A DNA stretch of 64,000 bases from Elusimicrobiota bacterium (GCA_041658405.1 JBBAAG010000001.1:43386-107385), one strand, 5' to 3'; counted from the stretch's first letter, positions 1 to 10,011 are shown. Translations and numbers: made by a program. Notes: a model not told the origin generated them from the sequence alone.

Positions 1-332
1 TAAAGAACAGAAAAATCGGTGTTATAAATACCTATACCAGCTATGAACATGTATTCACCATAGAAGAAATCAAGATTCTCCAGTCAGTGGCTAACCAGGC
101 GGCAGTGGCTATTGAAAATACTAAATTAATGGAAGAAAATATTGCTGCCCGGGAAGCTTTAGAAACACGTAAATTGGTTGAACGCGCTAAAGGAATATTG
201 ATGAAAGAACTTAATATGGATGAAAATGAAGCACATAAGACAATCCATAAAAAGAGTATGGATTCCCGAAAAACAATGAAGGATGTTGCTGAGGCAATTA
301 TATTGAGTAATGAAATAAAAAGGAATATATAA
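1..332 (+). CDS. GAF-ANTAR RNA-binding antitermination regulator, 5'-partial (continues upstream of window)
   Basis: The frame is open from position 3. The upstream part reads ...EEIKILQSVANQAAVAIENTKL, a typical GAF domain C-terminus. It is followed by an ANTAR-like segment (ARE ALETRKLVERAKGILM...HKKSMDSRKTMKDVAEAI). The track ORF 87..332 begins at an internal GTG. Confidence 0.6.
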   Translation, partial: KNRKIGVINTYTSYEHVFTIEEIKILQSVANQAAVAIENTKLMEENIAAREALETRKLVERAKGILMKELNMDENEAHKTIHKKSMDSRKTMKDVAEAIILSNEIKRNI

Positions 333-342
333 GGTTTATACT

Positions 343-422
343 CCTTAACTTTGACAAATGTAAGTTAAGGTAAATATATAAACCGGACTTTGACGTCCTC
401 TGTGTTCCAACTTTGAGGTTGG
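343..422 (+). promoter_or_regulatory. Structured leader with two hairpins between the ANTAR gene and the downstream regulator gene (possible ANTAR target or attenuator)
   Basis: There is a perfect 8-bp inverted repeat ccttaact(343-350)/agttaagg(363-370) with a 12-nt loop. A second hairpin is ccaac(407-411)-tttgag-gttgg(418-422), with a hexaloop that has G at position 4. Both lie in the 168-bp leader upstream of the CDS at 500. Confidence 0.25.
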
Positions 423-499
423 GGTATAGAGGGCTTATCATTTGAGGACATTGATGTTCTCCGTCACAACGATGTAATTATGATAGGAGGTGATGGGGG

Positions 500-1000
500 A
501 TGGAGTTCGAATTTTTTATAGGAAGGGTATATCCTAAATTAGTAGGGATTGCCAAAAAAGTTAATACCAGTTTAATATCTGTCGATGAAGAGGATTTATT
601 ACAGGAAATGCGCCTTCATCTATGGAGGATCTGGCAAAAAGGTGAATTTGAAGATAAAACGGAAAGCTATTTACTTCAAGGTTGCTGGTTTTATATAAAA
701 AACTATTTGCGGGTTGTAGGTGACAAAACAGGTGTCGTCAGCATAGACGAGTTAGTCAGTAATGAACGCCTTTCTCCAGAGAATATATTCTATGATAATT
801 TTCCGTCAATCCACGAATTTGTTATTGGAAAAATAATGATTGAAAATGTTGTTGGTGGTAGCCTGACAAAAAGGGAACAAGAAGTTTTAGGTTTAGCTTC
901 AGACGGATACAACCTCAGGGAAATTGGGACAAGATTAGGTATTTCATTTGTTCGGGTATCAACAATTAAGAAGCATATCTATAAGAAATTTGAAAGTTGA
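500..1000 (+). CDS. Transcription regulator with a LuxR/GerE-type C-terminal HTH (sigma-70 region-4-like); possible ECF-like sigma or response-regulator-less activator
   Basis: The C-terminus LTKREQEVLGLASDGYNLREIGTRLGISFVRVSTIKKHIYKKF is a textbook LuxR-type HTH. A GGAGGTGATGGGGG Shine-Dalgarno sequence sits immediately upstream of the ATG at 500. Confidence 0.55.
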   Translation: MEFEFFIGRVYPKLVGIAKKVNTSLISVDEEDLLQEMRLHLWRIWQKGEFEDKTESYLLQGCWFYIKNYLRVVGDKTGVVSIDELVSNERLSPENIFYDNFPSIHEFVIGKIMIENVVGGSLTKREQEVLGLASDGYNLREIGTRLGISFVRVSTIKKHIYKKFES

Positions 1001-1010
1001 GGGAGCAAAG

Positions 1011-2696
1011 ATGGTGCGGATAGGTTGTGCTCAAATTAACTGTACTGTTGGAGACCTGGAAGGGAATACTAAAAAAATACTTGAATTCATAGAGTTATCC
1101 CGAGAGAAGGACATAGACATTCTTATTTTCCCGGAACTTGCTATTACCGGCTATCCTCCTGAAGACCTGTTGTTTAATCCTGGGTTTATAAAAGAAAATA
1201 TAGCTAAGTTGAAAGAAATTACAAATAATGTCGGGGACTGCGCGGTTTTAGTTGGGTTTGTTGATTCTCAGGGTAAAAAAATATATAACGCGGTGTCTCT
1301 CATACATAAATATGAGATAAAAGGTGTTTATCAAAAGATGCTGCTTCCAAATTACGGTATATTTGATGAAAAACGGTATTTTCAAGCCGGTAACAACCCG
1401 TTGTTGTTTGAAATGCATGGGAATATATTTGGAGTAAATATCTGCGAAGATATCTGGCATGAAGACGGCCCGACTAAAACACAGGTATTGAACGGTGCAC
1501 GGTGTATTCTCAGCCTGAACGCTTCTCCTTATAATATGGGCAAGCTAAAATCAAGGGAGGATATTCTCTGCAGCCAAGCACAAAAGAATGGGGTGTATAT
1601 CGCATACGTTAATCTTGTTGGCGGCCAGGATGAAATTGTATTCGACGGACAGAGTATGGTAATAAACCCATACGGAAAAATTATGTGTAAAGCAGAAGCG
1701 TTTAAGGAAGACCTTATGATAACCGACCTGGAAACAGGTATTGAGAAGATGCCTTTTGTGACTACGAAGAATACGGGATTACCTGTAATCCCGATTAAAA
1801 AAGAAGTTGTTACTAATAAACCAGTTATTCCGGAGAGGAAAACTAAGAAGTTGGAAATACTGGAAGAAGTATACAGTGCGCTTGTGCTTGGATTAAAAGA
1901 TTATGTTACAAAAAACGGTTTTAAGAAAACAGTGCTGGGCTTAAGCGGAGGTATTGATTCATCAATTGTCGCTGCTTTAGCCGTTGATGCGTTAGGTAAG
2001 GATAATGTCACGGGAATATTTATGCCAACGAGATATTCATCGGTTGAATCAAAGACCGATGTCTGCAGCCTCACAGAGAAGCTTGGGATAAAACTGTTAA
2101 ATTTTTCAATTGAACCAATTTATCATCTGTACCTTATGCTGCTTGAACCGTATTTTGGAGGAAATAAAAGAAATGTTGCGGAAGAAAATCTGCAGGCGCG
2201 TATAAGGGCAAATGTATTGATGGCGTTTTCCAATAAATTTGGATGGCTGGTTCTCAGCACTGGCAATAAATCTGAAGTAAGTACCGGTTATGCAACACTA
2301 TACGGCGATATGGCAGGTGGGCTTGCGGTTATCAAGGATGTCCCAAAGACGCTTGTTTATAAACTGGCAGAATACAGGAATACTATCGGCAGTGTAATCC
2401 CTGAAAATGTTTTTGTTAAAGAACCAACTGCGGAATTAAGGTTTAACCAGAAAGATAGTGATGTGCTTCCTCCATATGAAGTCCTTGATGATATTTTAGA
2501 AGGATATGTTGAGCATAATAGAAGTTTAGAAGAAATATTGTTGAAGGGTTACCCCGCAGATGTAGTTGCCCGTGTAATTAGTATGGTTAACAAAAGTGAG
2601 TACAAGAGAAAACAGGCGGCTCCTGGTATTAAAGTTACCACAAAAGCATTCGGGAAAGAGAGAAGAATGCCGATCACAAATAAGTTTAGGGGTTAA
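1011..2696 (+). CDS. nadE: Glutamine-dependent NAD+ synthetase (N-terminal CN-hydrolase domain plus C-terminal NAD synthetase domain)
   Basis: MVRIGCAQINCTVGDLEGN is a nitrilase-type N-terminus. The C-terminal half carries the SGGIDSS PP-loop motif. Total length is typical (about 560 aa). The track ORF 948 is an upstream extension; the ATG at 1011 follows a GAGGGAGCAAAG Shine-Dalgarno sequence. Confidence 0.85.
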   Translation: MVRIGCAQINCTVGDLEGNTKKILEFIELSREKDIDILIFPELAITGYPPEDLLFNPGFIKENIAKLKEITNNVGDCAVLVGFVDSQGKKIYNAVSLIHKYEIKGVYQKMLLPNYGIFDEKRYFQAGNNPLLFEMHGNIFGVNICEDIWHEDGPTKTQVLNGARCILSLNASPYNMGKLKSREDILCSQAQKNGVYIAYVNLVGGQDEIVFDGQSMVINPYGKIMCKAEAFKEDLMITDLETGIEKMPFVTTKNTGLPVIPIKKEVVTNKPVIPERKTKKLEILEEVYSALVLGLKDYVTKNGFKKTVLGLSGGIDSSIVAALAVDALGKDNVTGIFMPTRYSSVESKTDVCSLTEKLGIKLLNFSIEPIYHLYLMLLEPYFGGNKRNVAEENLQARIRANVLMAFSNKFGWLVLSTGNKSEVSTGYATLYGDMAGGLAVIKDVPKTLVYKLAEYRNTIGSVIPENVFVKEPTAELRFNQKDSDVLPPYEVLDDILEGYVEHNRSLEEILLKGYPADVVARVISMVNKSEYKRKQAAPGIKVTTKAFGKERRMPITNKFRG

Positions 2697-2752
2697 CAAA
2701 ACAGCCGGGTTTTTACTTGTATAAGTATGTAGCTAATAAAAGGGGGAGCGTT

Positions 2753-4342
2753 ATGAATCTAAGGAAACCGAATGGTAATGAAGCAACAAAAACATTTAAC
2801 CGTTCAAAAAGTATTGTACCGATGTCAGGTTTGTGTAATACCTGCCTTGATGGTTGCAAAGGCGGGTGTGAAGTCTGGCTTTCATCTTTCAGAGGCAGAG
2901 AAGTTCTTTATCCGGGACCGTTTGGTGAGGTAACCAGTGGCGCTGATAAAGATTATCCTGTTGATTATTCACACCTTAATATTCAGGGTTATGCAAGAGG
3001 AGCAAAAGGATTGCCGGAAGGTGTTGCCGCTAACCCTGATACCACAAAGTTCCATGATGTAAATACGGAGACAGAATACGGGTGGGGTAAGAAAGTTAAG
3101 ATGCGTATCCCTGTTTTTACAGGAGCATTGGGTTCAACGGAAATAGCACGCAAAAACTGGGAACATTTTGCTGTAGGTGCTGCGATATCCGGTATTACCC
3201 TTGTCTGCGGGGAAAATGTCTGCGGGATCGATCCGGAACTAGAACTTGATAGTTTTGGGAAAATAACAAAATGTCCGGATATGGACAGAAGAATAGGTGT
3301 GTATAGAAGATATAACGAAGGATACGGCGAAATTCTTGTGCAGATGAATGTTGAAGATACAAGGTTCGGCGTAGCGGAATATATCCTGAATAAACATAAA
3401 CTTGAAACTATTGAGTTAAAATGGGGGCAAGGCGCAAAATGTATCGGCGGAGAGATAAAGGTTAAATCCCTGGAAAGAGCTATTGAACTAAAAAAAAGAG
3501 GGTATATTGTCACCCCTGACCCGGAACTTCCTGAAATCCAGGCAGCATTTGATGATGGTGCAATTACGGAATTTGAAAGACATTCAAGGTTAGGTTTTAT
3601 TGATAAAGAATCGTTTATGAAGGAAATCGATCGTCTGAGAAAACTGGGGTTTAAGAGGATCACATTAAAGACCGGTGCGTACTCAATGGTAGAACTCGCA
3701 ATGGCGCTACGCTGGGGTTCTGAAGCTGAACTAGACTTGCTTACAATAGACGGCGCTCCCGGGGGTACCGGAATGAGTCCGTGGTCTATGATGAATGAAT
3801 GGGGAATACCGACATTTTACCTTGAAGCTCTTACTTACGAATTTGCTGATAAGTTAACAAAAAAAGGGTTGAGAGTCCCCGATATCGCTATTGCCGGAGG
3901 ATTTTCAAATGAGGAAGGTGTATTTAAAGCACTTGCTATGGGCAGTCCGTACATAAAAGCAGTATGCATGGGAAGGGCAATTATGATTCCCGGGATGGTA
4001 GGGAAAAATATTGAAAATTGGATAAAAGAAAATAATTTGCCGAAAACAGTCTCAAAATACGGTAGTACACCCGAAGAATTGTTTGTATGTTACGAAGAAG
4101 TAAAGAAGAAGTATGGAGATGAAATTAAAAACATGCCTTTGGGTGCAGTCGGGATGTTTACGTTTGCACAGAAATTAAAAGTAGGGCTTCAGCAGTTAAT
4201 GGCGGGAAGCCGAAATTTTAGGATTTCTACTATTTCCCGGAATGATCTTATGTCACTAACAGAGGAGGCAACAAAGATTTCTGGTATTCCGTATGTGATG
4301 CAGGCATACAGGGAAGAAGCTGAGAAATATTTGAATTCATGA
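2753..4342 (+). CDS. Glutamate synthase domain-2-like FMN-dependent oxidoreductase (stand-alone GltB-like protein with N-terminal Cys cluster)
   Basis: LLTIDGAPGGTGMSPWSMMNEWGIPT matches the GltB FMN/substrate-channel region (...IDGHDGGTGASP...). The N-terminus has CNTCLDGCKGGCEV. A strong Shine-Dalgarno sequence AAAGGGGGAGCG precedes the ATG at 2753, so the track ORF 2717 is probably over-extended. Confidence 0.65.
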   Translation: MNLRKPNGNEATKTFNRSKSIVPMSGLCNTCLDGCKGGCEVWLSSFRGREVLYPGPFGEVTSGADKDYPVDYSHLNIQGYARGAKGLPEGVAANPDTTKFHDVNTETEYGWGKKVKMRIPVFTGALGSTEIARKNWEHFAVGAAISGITLVCGENVCGIDPELELDSFGKITKCPDMDRRIGVYRRYNEGYGEILVQMNVEDTRFGVAEYILNKHKLETIELKWGQGAKCIGGEIKVKSLERAIELKKRGYIVTPDPELPEIQAAFDDGAITEFERHSRLGFIDKESFMKEIDRLRKLGFKRITLKTGAYSMVELAMALRWGSEAELDLLTIDGAPGGTGMSPWSMMNEWGIPTFYLEALTYEFADKLTKKGLRVPDIAIAGGFSNEEGVFKALAMGSPYIKAVCMGRAIMIPGMVGKNIENWIKENNLPKTVSKYGSTPEELFVCYEEVKKKYGDEIKNMPLGAVGMFTFAQKLKVGLQQLMAGSRNFRISTISRNDLMSLTEEATKISGIPYVMQAYREEAEKYLNS

Positions 4343-4356
4343 AAGGAGAATGTGTT

Positions 4357-4509
4357 ATGGAGAAAAAAGGATTGTGCTGTACATGTATCAACGATAAAGA
4401 GTGTATGTTCACAAAAAAAGTTGCTGTACTGCAATGCGAAGAATTTTCTGATTATGAAGAGAAGTCTAAAGGAAAAAGAAAATCTGTGAAGAAAGGAAAG
4501 GTAAAATAA
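4357..4509 (+). CDS. 50-aa Cys-rich, Lys-tailed micro-protein (MEKKGLCCTCINDKECMFTKKVAVLQCEEFSDYEEKSKGKRKSVKKGKVK)
   Basis: It is not in the ORF track because it is shorter than 60 aa. A Shine-Dalgarno sequence AAAGGAGAATG lies 7 nt upstream of the ATG. The gene sits in a 180-bp gap between the gltB-like gene and pyrG. It has a CC-x-C-x6-C-x11-C pattern and a basic tail. Confidence 0.35.
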   Translation: MEKKGLCCTCINDKECMFTKKVAVLQCEEFSDYEEKSKGKRKSVKKGKVK

Positions 4510-4521
4510 GTTTTATTATTT

Positions 4522-6120
4522 ATGAATAAATCTAAATACATTTTTGTTACCGGCGGAGTTGTTTCTTCGCTAGGAAAGGGTATCACGGCTGCTTCCATAG
4601 GAAACCTTCTGCAAAGTTGCGGGCTTAAGGTTAATATAATCAAGATCGATCCGTATTTAAATATAGATCCCGGTACTATGAGCCCTTTCCAGCACGGGGA
4701 AGTGTTTGTAACGGATGACGGTGCGGAAACGGATCTTGACCTGGGGCATTATGAGAGGTTCATGGGTATTAATGTAACGAAGGAAAGTAATTTTACCAGC
4801 GGGATAATTTATGACAGTATTATTACAAAAGAGAGAAAAGGCGAGTTTCTCGGAGGTACCGTACAGGTAATTCCTCATGTTACAGATGAAATAAAAGCAC
4901 GGATAAAAAAATCGGGTGAAAACAACGATGTTGTTATAGTTGAAATAGGAGGTACCACCGGTGATATAGAAGGACTGCCGTTTTTGGAAGCAATCAGGCA
5001 GATGAAGATGGACCTCGGTCAGGATAATGTGTGTTATGTCCATGTAACCCTTATACCATACTTGCGCGCATCGGAAGAACTTAAAACAAAACCTACACAG
5101 CAAAGTGTTGCTAAGTTAAGAGAAATTGGTATAGATCCGCAGATAATAGTATGCCGGACTGAAAAAACTATCTCATCTGAGATGAAAAAGAAAATCGCGC
5201 TTTTCTGTAATGTCCAGGAAAAAGCTGTAATTGAAGAAAAAGATGTTGCATACAGTATTTACGAAGTACCGCTTATGCTTTATCACCAGGGCGTAGATAA
5301 ACTGATACTCGATATGCTTCACTTAAAGGGCAGGGTATGTAACTTAACAGAATGGGAAAACCTATTGGATAAAATACAAAGCTGTAAAAATACAGTTAAT
5401 ATTGCTATTGCCGGTAAATATACGCACTTAAAAGATGCATATAAGAGTATATGGGAAGCACTTACACACGGAGCTATAGCTAATGGAGTTAAGATCAATA
5501 TAAAGTATGTGGATGTAGAAAAGGATAACCTCGCAGAGGTATTAAAGAATGTTAGCGGTATACTTGTTCCCGGTGGGTTTGGAGACAGAGGGATTGAGGG
5601 TAAACTTGAAGTAGTCCGGTATGCCCGGGAAAATAAGGTGCCGTATTTTGGCCTTTGCCTGGGAATGCAGTGTGCAGTTATAGAATTCGCAAGGAATGTC
5701 TGTAAATTAAAAAATGCTAATAGTACCGAGTTTAATATAAATACACCGTATCCTGTGATTGACATGATGGAAGAACAAAAAAAATTGTTTAATAAAGGCG
5801 GGACTATGCGGTTGGGGCAGTACCGATGTAAAATCCAGAAAGGCTCTCTAGCATTTAAGGCATACAAAAATGAATTGGTATATGAACGCCACAGGCATAG
5901 GTATGAATTCAATAATACATTTAAAAAACAGTTGATGGATAACGGATTGAATATTACGGGTGAGTATGAAGAAAAACATTTGGCTGAAATTATTGAGTTA
6001 AAAGATCATCCGTGGTTTGTGGGAGTACAGTTCCATCCGGAGTTCAAATCAAGGCCTACTAAACCTCAGCCGTTATTCAGGGATTTTATTAAAGCGTCAG
6101 TTTCTTTCGCTGGTAAATAA
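4522..6120 (+). CDS. pyrG: CTP synthase
   Basis: The N-terminus [23 protein letters not shown] is the PyrG signature. The C-terminus is a glutamine amidotransferase domain (GLCLGMQ). Confidence 0.9.
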   Translation: MNKSKYIFVTGGVVSSLGKGITAASIGNLLQSCGLKVNIIKIDPYLNIDPGTMSPFQHGEVFVTDDGAETDLDLGHYERFMGINVTKESNFTSGIIYDSIITKERKGEFLGGTVQVIPHVTDEIKARIKKSGENNDVVIVEIGGTTGDIEGLPFLEAIRQMKMDLGQDNVCYVHVTLIPYLRASEELKTKPTQQSVAKLREIGIDPQIIVCRTEKTISSEMKKKIALFCNVQEKAVIEEKDVAYSIYEVPLMLYHQGVDKLILDMLHLKGRVCNLTEWENLLDKIQSCKNTVNIAIAGKYTHLKDAYKSIWEALTHGAIANGVKINIKYVDVEKDNLAEVLKNVSGILVPGGFGDRGIEGKLEVVRYARENKVPYFGLCLGMQCAVIEFARNVCKLKNANSTEFNINTPYPVIDMMEEQKKLFNKGGTMRLGQYRCKIQKGSLAFKAYKNELVYERHRHRYEFNNTFKKQLMDNGLNITGEYEEKHLAEIIELKDHPWFVGVQFHPEFKSRPTKPQPLFRDFIKASVSFAGK

Positions 6121-6129
6121 TAATATGAC

Positions 6130-6927
6130 TTACTTTTTTATTCCCAGTAATGCCTGCGCGTTTTTGTAGTAAATATTTTCGAGCTGGTCTGCTGATAACC
6201 CTAATCCGTCAAAGATGGATTTCATATGTTCCGCAGTTTCCCACGGGGAGTCTGTACCAAAAAGTATTTTATCCGCGCCGTGGTTGAGGATAATACGTTT
6301 CATCTGCACGCGGTCCATTTCCTGGACATACGCGGTATCAAAATACGCGGAGGTGCCAATTAAATGTTTTTCTACATCGTCCCACATACGCCACCCGCCG
6401 AGATGCGCGAGGATAAGTTTTAATCCCTTTATCTCAGTAATAGGTTTTAACCGTTCCGGTGTTCCGTGGACATCAGCATACGCGATGTCTCTTCCTGCGT
6501 GAATAAGGATTATGAGGTTATATTTTACACACGCGTCGTATATTTTGTATAACCGCATATCGTCATCCGGATAAAAGTCCTGGTATTCCGGATGAAGTTT
6601 AATACCTCTAACCCCGTTTTTTGCAATAAATTCAAGTTCCGCTGCAGGGTTCGGGTAGTCGGGATGCATTGCTCCAAAACAGGTGACATTGCTGTGATGG
6701 TGGTTGGTAGTGATCATCTTACGGTTAATCGCTTCAACCTGTTCCGGTGCAGTTGCTACGGGCTGGTTGACTGATAATGTTACACCGTGTGCCTGCATTA
6801 ACTTTTGTAATCCCGTAAGTGTACCGTCGCTGTAATACTTTTCGCCGCCGGTTGCCTGCGAGAGTTTTTCAACTGCCTGTTTTGCTATTTTATCCGGGAA
6901 TATATGCGCGTGGATATCTATCAGCAT
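6130..6927 (-). CDS. Amidohydrolase-2 family TIM-barrel metal-dependent hydrolase
   Basis: It starts MLIDIHAHIFPD (metal-binding HxH) and has a later HAG/HLGG histidine. Length is 265 aa. Confidence 0.6.
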   Translation of the reverse strand: MLIDIHAHIFPDKIAKQAVEKLSQATGGEKYYSDGTLTGLQKLMQAHGVTLSVNQPVATAPEQVEAINRKMITTNHHHSNVTCFGAMHPDYPNPAAELEFIAKNGVRGIKLHPEYQDFYPDDDMRLYKIYDACVKYNLIILIHAGRDIAYADVHGTPERLKPITEIKGLKLILAHLGGWRMWDDVEKHLIGTSAYFDTAYVQEMDRVQMKRIILNHGADKILFGTDSPWETAEHMKSIFDGLGLSADQLENIYYKNAQALLGIKK

Positions 6928-6928
6928 A

Positions 6929-7360
6929 TTACAGGTTTTTTATGATATCTTCCGTAACAATAGAAATACCGTTTTTCTTTAACGTTTCCAGTGCGGATTT
7001 CGGGTTATCAAACCGGAACACCACAATCGCTCTATCACTTTTTTTCTCAACCGTAGCGTACATATACTCAACATTGATCCCCTGTTTATCAAAAAGGGAC
7101 AGCATTTTCGCAAGACCGCCGGGTTGGTCGTCAACTTCAACAGCGGTTACTTCGGTTACTTGCGCAACAAAATTGTTTTTCTTCAGCGTAGCAACGCATT
7201 TTTCCGTATCATTTACAATCAACCGCAGGACACCGAAATCAGCGGTATCCGCCAAAGCTAGTGCGCGGATGTTGATACCATTATCCGCTAAGACTTTTGT
7301 TACTTCCGCGAGCCTGCCTTTTTGGTTCTCAATAAACACCGATACTTGTTTTATGTTCAT
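6929..7360 (-). CDS. Tandem ACT-domain regulatory protein (partner of PaaK-like ligase)
   Basis: It is 143 aa. VFIENQKGRLAEVTKVLADNGINIRALALA is an ACT fold motif, and a second ACT repeat follows. It lies immediately downstream of the PaaK-like gene. Confidence 0.65.
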   Translation of the reverse strand: MNIKQVSVFIENQKGRLAEVTKVLADNGINIRALALADTADFGVLRLIVNDTEKCVATLKKNNFVAQVTEVTAVEVDDQPGGLAKMLSLFDKQGINVEYMYATVEKKSDRAIVVFRFDNPKSALETLKKNGISIVTEDIIKNL

Positions 7361-7397
7361 TTAATCCGTTCTCCTTTTTGTTTTATTGTTCAATTAT

Positions 7398-8702
7398 TTA
7401 TATCGTACGTTTATCTACTATACGCTTTGCTTTGCCTTCACTGCGGGGAATAGATTTTGGTTCCGCAAGTTTTACTTTTGTGTGAATATTCAATGTTTTG
7501 TATAGTTCGGACTCAATTTTTTTCTCTATACCTGCAAGATTTTTTATTTCATCTGAGAAAAGTTTGTCGTTCATCTCGACCTGTACTTCAAGTACGTCAA
7601 GATGCTCCCTGCGGTCAACGATAAGCTGGTAATGCGGTTCAATGCCTTCAAGTTTAAGTAATACTTCCTCGATCTGCGATGGGAAAACGTTTACTCCGCG
7701 GATAATCAGCATATCGTCCGTACGGCCAAGGATACGGTTCATCCGTACAGATGTACGCCCGCATTTACACTTTTCGTGGTTCAAAAACGTGATATCTCTT
7801 GTGCGGTAGCGTATCACCGGGGTACCTTCTTTGGTTAACGTTGTGAACACAAGTTCGCCTTTTTCGCCGTCAGGTAATACTTTACCGGTTTCCGGGTTAA
7901 TTATTTCTGGATAAAAAACGTCTTCAAACAAATGGATGCCGCATTGGTGTATGCACTCATTACCCACACCGGGGCCAATGATTTCGGTCAGGCCAAAGAT
8001 GTCCAAGGCTTTTATATGAAGATTTGCTTCTATCTCTTTTCTCATATTTTCGCTCCACGGTTCCGCACCGAAGAATCCTACCCGCAATGAAGTTTTTTTA
8101 AAGTCCATACCTTCTTCACGTCCGGCTTCCGCTAAGTACAGCGCATAGGATGGTGTGCATGTGAGAACGGTTGGTTTAAAATCGCGAAGTACCTGTAACT
8201 GGCGCTTGGTATTACCTCCGGAAATAGGGATCACAGTTGCGCCTAGGTTTAACCCGCCATGGTGGATCCCAAGCCCGCCGGTGAATAATCCATACCCGTA
8301 CGCGTTTTGGATAATATCGTTTTTTGTTACTTCACCAAGGACAAGAGTACGTGTCATAACCTCTGCCCATAACGCTATGTCGTTACGCGTATAAGCATCC
8401 ACTACTGGCGTTCCCGTTGTCCCTGAAGATGTGTGGATCTCGATAATCTCGGATTTATCCACTGCGAGTAAGCCCCAGGGGTATACTTCGCGCATATCGG
8501 TTTTTGTGGTGAACGGCAATTTTTGGATATCGTCTAATGACTTTATTTGTTCGGGTTTAACTCCGGCAGTATCAAATTTTTTGTGGTAAAACTCTACTTT
8601 GTTATACACGGTGTTGACAATACTTGCCAACCGTTTGCCTTGCAGTTCGGACATCTCCGCCCTTGGCATAGTTTCATGTTTTTCATCCCAAATGGTAGTC
8701 AT
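7398..8702 (-). CDS. Phenylacetate-CoA ligase family (PaaK / F390-synthetase-like aryl-acid--CoA ligase)
   Basis: It is 434 aa. The AMP-binding core and overall length fit the PaaK family. The ACT partner gene lies directly downstream. Confidence 0.8.
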   Translation of the reverse strand: MTTIWDEKHETMPRAEMSELQGKRLASIVNTVYNKVEFYHKKFDTAGVKPEQIKSLDDIQKLPFTTKTDMREVYPWGLLAVDKSEIIEIHTSSGTTGTPVVDAYTRNDIALWAEVMTRTLVLGEVTKNDIIQNAYGYGLFTGGLGIHHGGLNLGATVIPISGGNTKRQLQVLRDFKPTVLTCTPSYALYLAEAGREEGMDFKKTSLRVGFFGAEPWSENMRKEIEANLHIKALDIFGLTEIIGPGVGNECIHQCGIHLFEDVFYPEIINPETGKVLPDGEKGELVFTTLTKEGTPVIRYRTRDITFLNHEKCKCGRTSVRMNRILGRTDDMLIIRGVNVFPSQIEEVLLKLEGIEPHYQLIVDRREHLDVLEVQVEMNDKLFSDEIKNLAGIEKKIESELYKTLNIHTKVKLAEPKSIPRSEGKAKRIVDKRTI

Positions 8703-8802
8703 AATGTTACAACGCTCCTTTTATACATTGAAAAATATATACGTTCAAGTTTGTCGCGCTATTAAAAAGCATTTTAGTAAATATTTGCGTAAATGTTAAT
8801 AC

Positions 8803-10011
8803 CTATAATGTGCCGCGCTTGCCTTTTTCAAATACTGCAATAACTTTTTGTAGTTCATCAGGTATTTGTATATGCTGCGGGCATTTTGGCACGCATTTGT
8901 TGCAACGGGTACACAACGACGCGCGGCCGTTAGTATCAAATTTCCCGTCTTTTCCCGGCCGTCCGCGTTTTTTTGAGAGTCCGCGGTACTTGCTGTAGAT
9001 AAGCCATTGTGTTATACGGTTGCCGACAGTACCCCGGTGGTCAACTCCGCGGTTGTTGAGCAACGCAAAGTTTTGCGGAATGTTCACTCCTGACGGGCAG
9101 GGCATGCAGTACTGGCATGCGGTACAAGGTACTACGATTTGTTTACGATAAATCGCAGCAAGCTCGGTGATCACCGCGTTTTCTTCTGCTGACAAACTCC
9201 CGATACCCGACGTGTCAGCACATTCACAGTTTTCGTCTACCATTTTTTTGTTACCCATACCACTGAGGACACACGCAACTTCCGGGCGGTTCCACAAAAA
9301 TTGTAGTGCCCAGTCTACCGGCGAACGTTTAATTGTTGAACGGGACATTACATCAACGGCTTCCTTCGGCGGGTTCACCAGCTGTCCGCCTTTGAGAGGT
9401 TCCATCACAACAACAGCAATCCCTTTTTTGTACGCGTACTCCAACCCTTCAGTAGTCGCCTGGATTCCGGTGTCCATATAGTTATACTGTATCTGCGTCA
9501 TATCCCAAGCGTAATGGTCAATAATTTTTTTGAATACCGGTAACGTGTCGTGTATGGAGAACCCTATATGCTTGATTTTGCCCTGTTTCTTCGCTGCTTC
9601 CATTTTATCGAGCAGGTTGAGTTTCTTCATTTTTTCAAACGCGCCGTTGTCCAGCATGTGGAATAAGTAAAGGTCAATACAATCCGTCTGCAACCGTTTA
9701 AGCTGGCTGTTGAGAAACTTGTCGAAATCAGCAGCGGTGTTTGTCATGAACACCGGTAGTTTGGTTGCAATTTTAACTTTTGCGCGGTAACCGTCGCGTA
9801 ACGCTTTCCCCAACACCTGCTCGCTTTGCCCAAAATGGTACAACCACGCGGAATCCACATAGTTTATCCCGAGGTCAATCCCGTGACGGATAATTTCAAT
9901 TGCATACTTTTCGTCTACCCGTTTGAGAAACCCGGAGGTCGGTAAACGCATACATCCGAACCCTAACGCCGATACTTCCCACGGTAAACTTCCAAGCTTG
10001 CGGTATTTCAT
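8803..10011 (-). CDS. Aldo/keto reductase fused to C-terminal 4Fe-4S ferredoxin domain
   Basis: MKYRKLGSLPWEVSALGFGCMRLP is an AKR N-terminus. The C-terminus has CTACQYCMPCP...CTRCNKCVPKCP (2x CxxCxxCxxxCP). Confidence 0.75.
   Translation of the reverse strand: MKYRKLGSLPWEVSALGFGCMRLPTSGFLKRVDEKYAIEIIRHGIDLGINYVDSAWLYHFGQSEQVLGKALRDGYRAKVKIATKLPVFMTNTAADFDKFLNSQLKRLQTDCIDLYLFHMLDNGAFEKMKKLNLLDKMEAAKKQGKIKHIGFSIHDTLPVFKKIIDHYAWDMTQIQYNYMDTGIQATTEGLEYAYKKGIAVVVMEPLKGGQLVNPPKEAVDVMSRSTIKRSPVDWALQFLWNRPEVACVLSGMGNKKMVDENCECADTSGIGSLSAEENAVITELAAIYRKQIVVPCTACQYCMPCPSGVNIPQNFALLNNRGVDHRGTVGNRITQWLIYSKYRGLSKKRGRPGKDGKFDTNGRASLCTRCNKCVPKCPQHIQIPDELQKVIAVFEKGKRGTL

Noticed and set aside
948-1010. 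N-terminal extensions of track ORFs (948 for nadE, 2717 for the gltB-like gene, 15941 for the thioredoxin-like gene, 56705 for the second bPH gene)
   Set aside because: These extensions overlap the upstream gene or an intergenic promoter. Internal ATGs with a good Shine-Dalgarno sequence and canonical family N-termini (MVRIGCAQ, MNLRK, MKRINQ, MTDKY) are better starts.
2989-3663. The 224-aa minus-strand ORF and many similar long antisense ORFs (for example 5319..5912, 12977..13252, 19301..20071, 21539..22177, 22688..23224, 24287..24913, 29228..29500, 53259..53567, 54736..55041)
   Set aside because: They lie entirely inside well-supported genes on the opposite strand. They have low-complexity Ser/Pro/Ile-rich compositions typical of shadow ORFs, and no RBS or recognisable domain.
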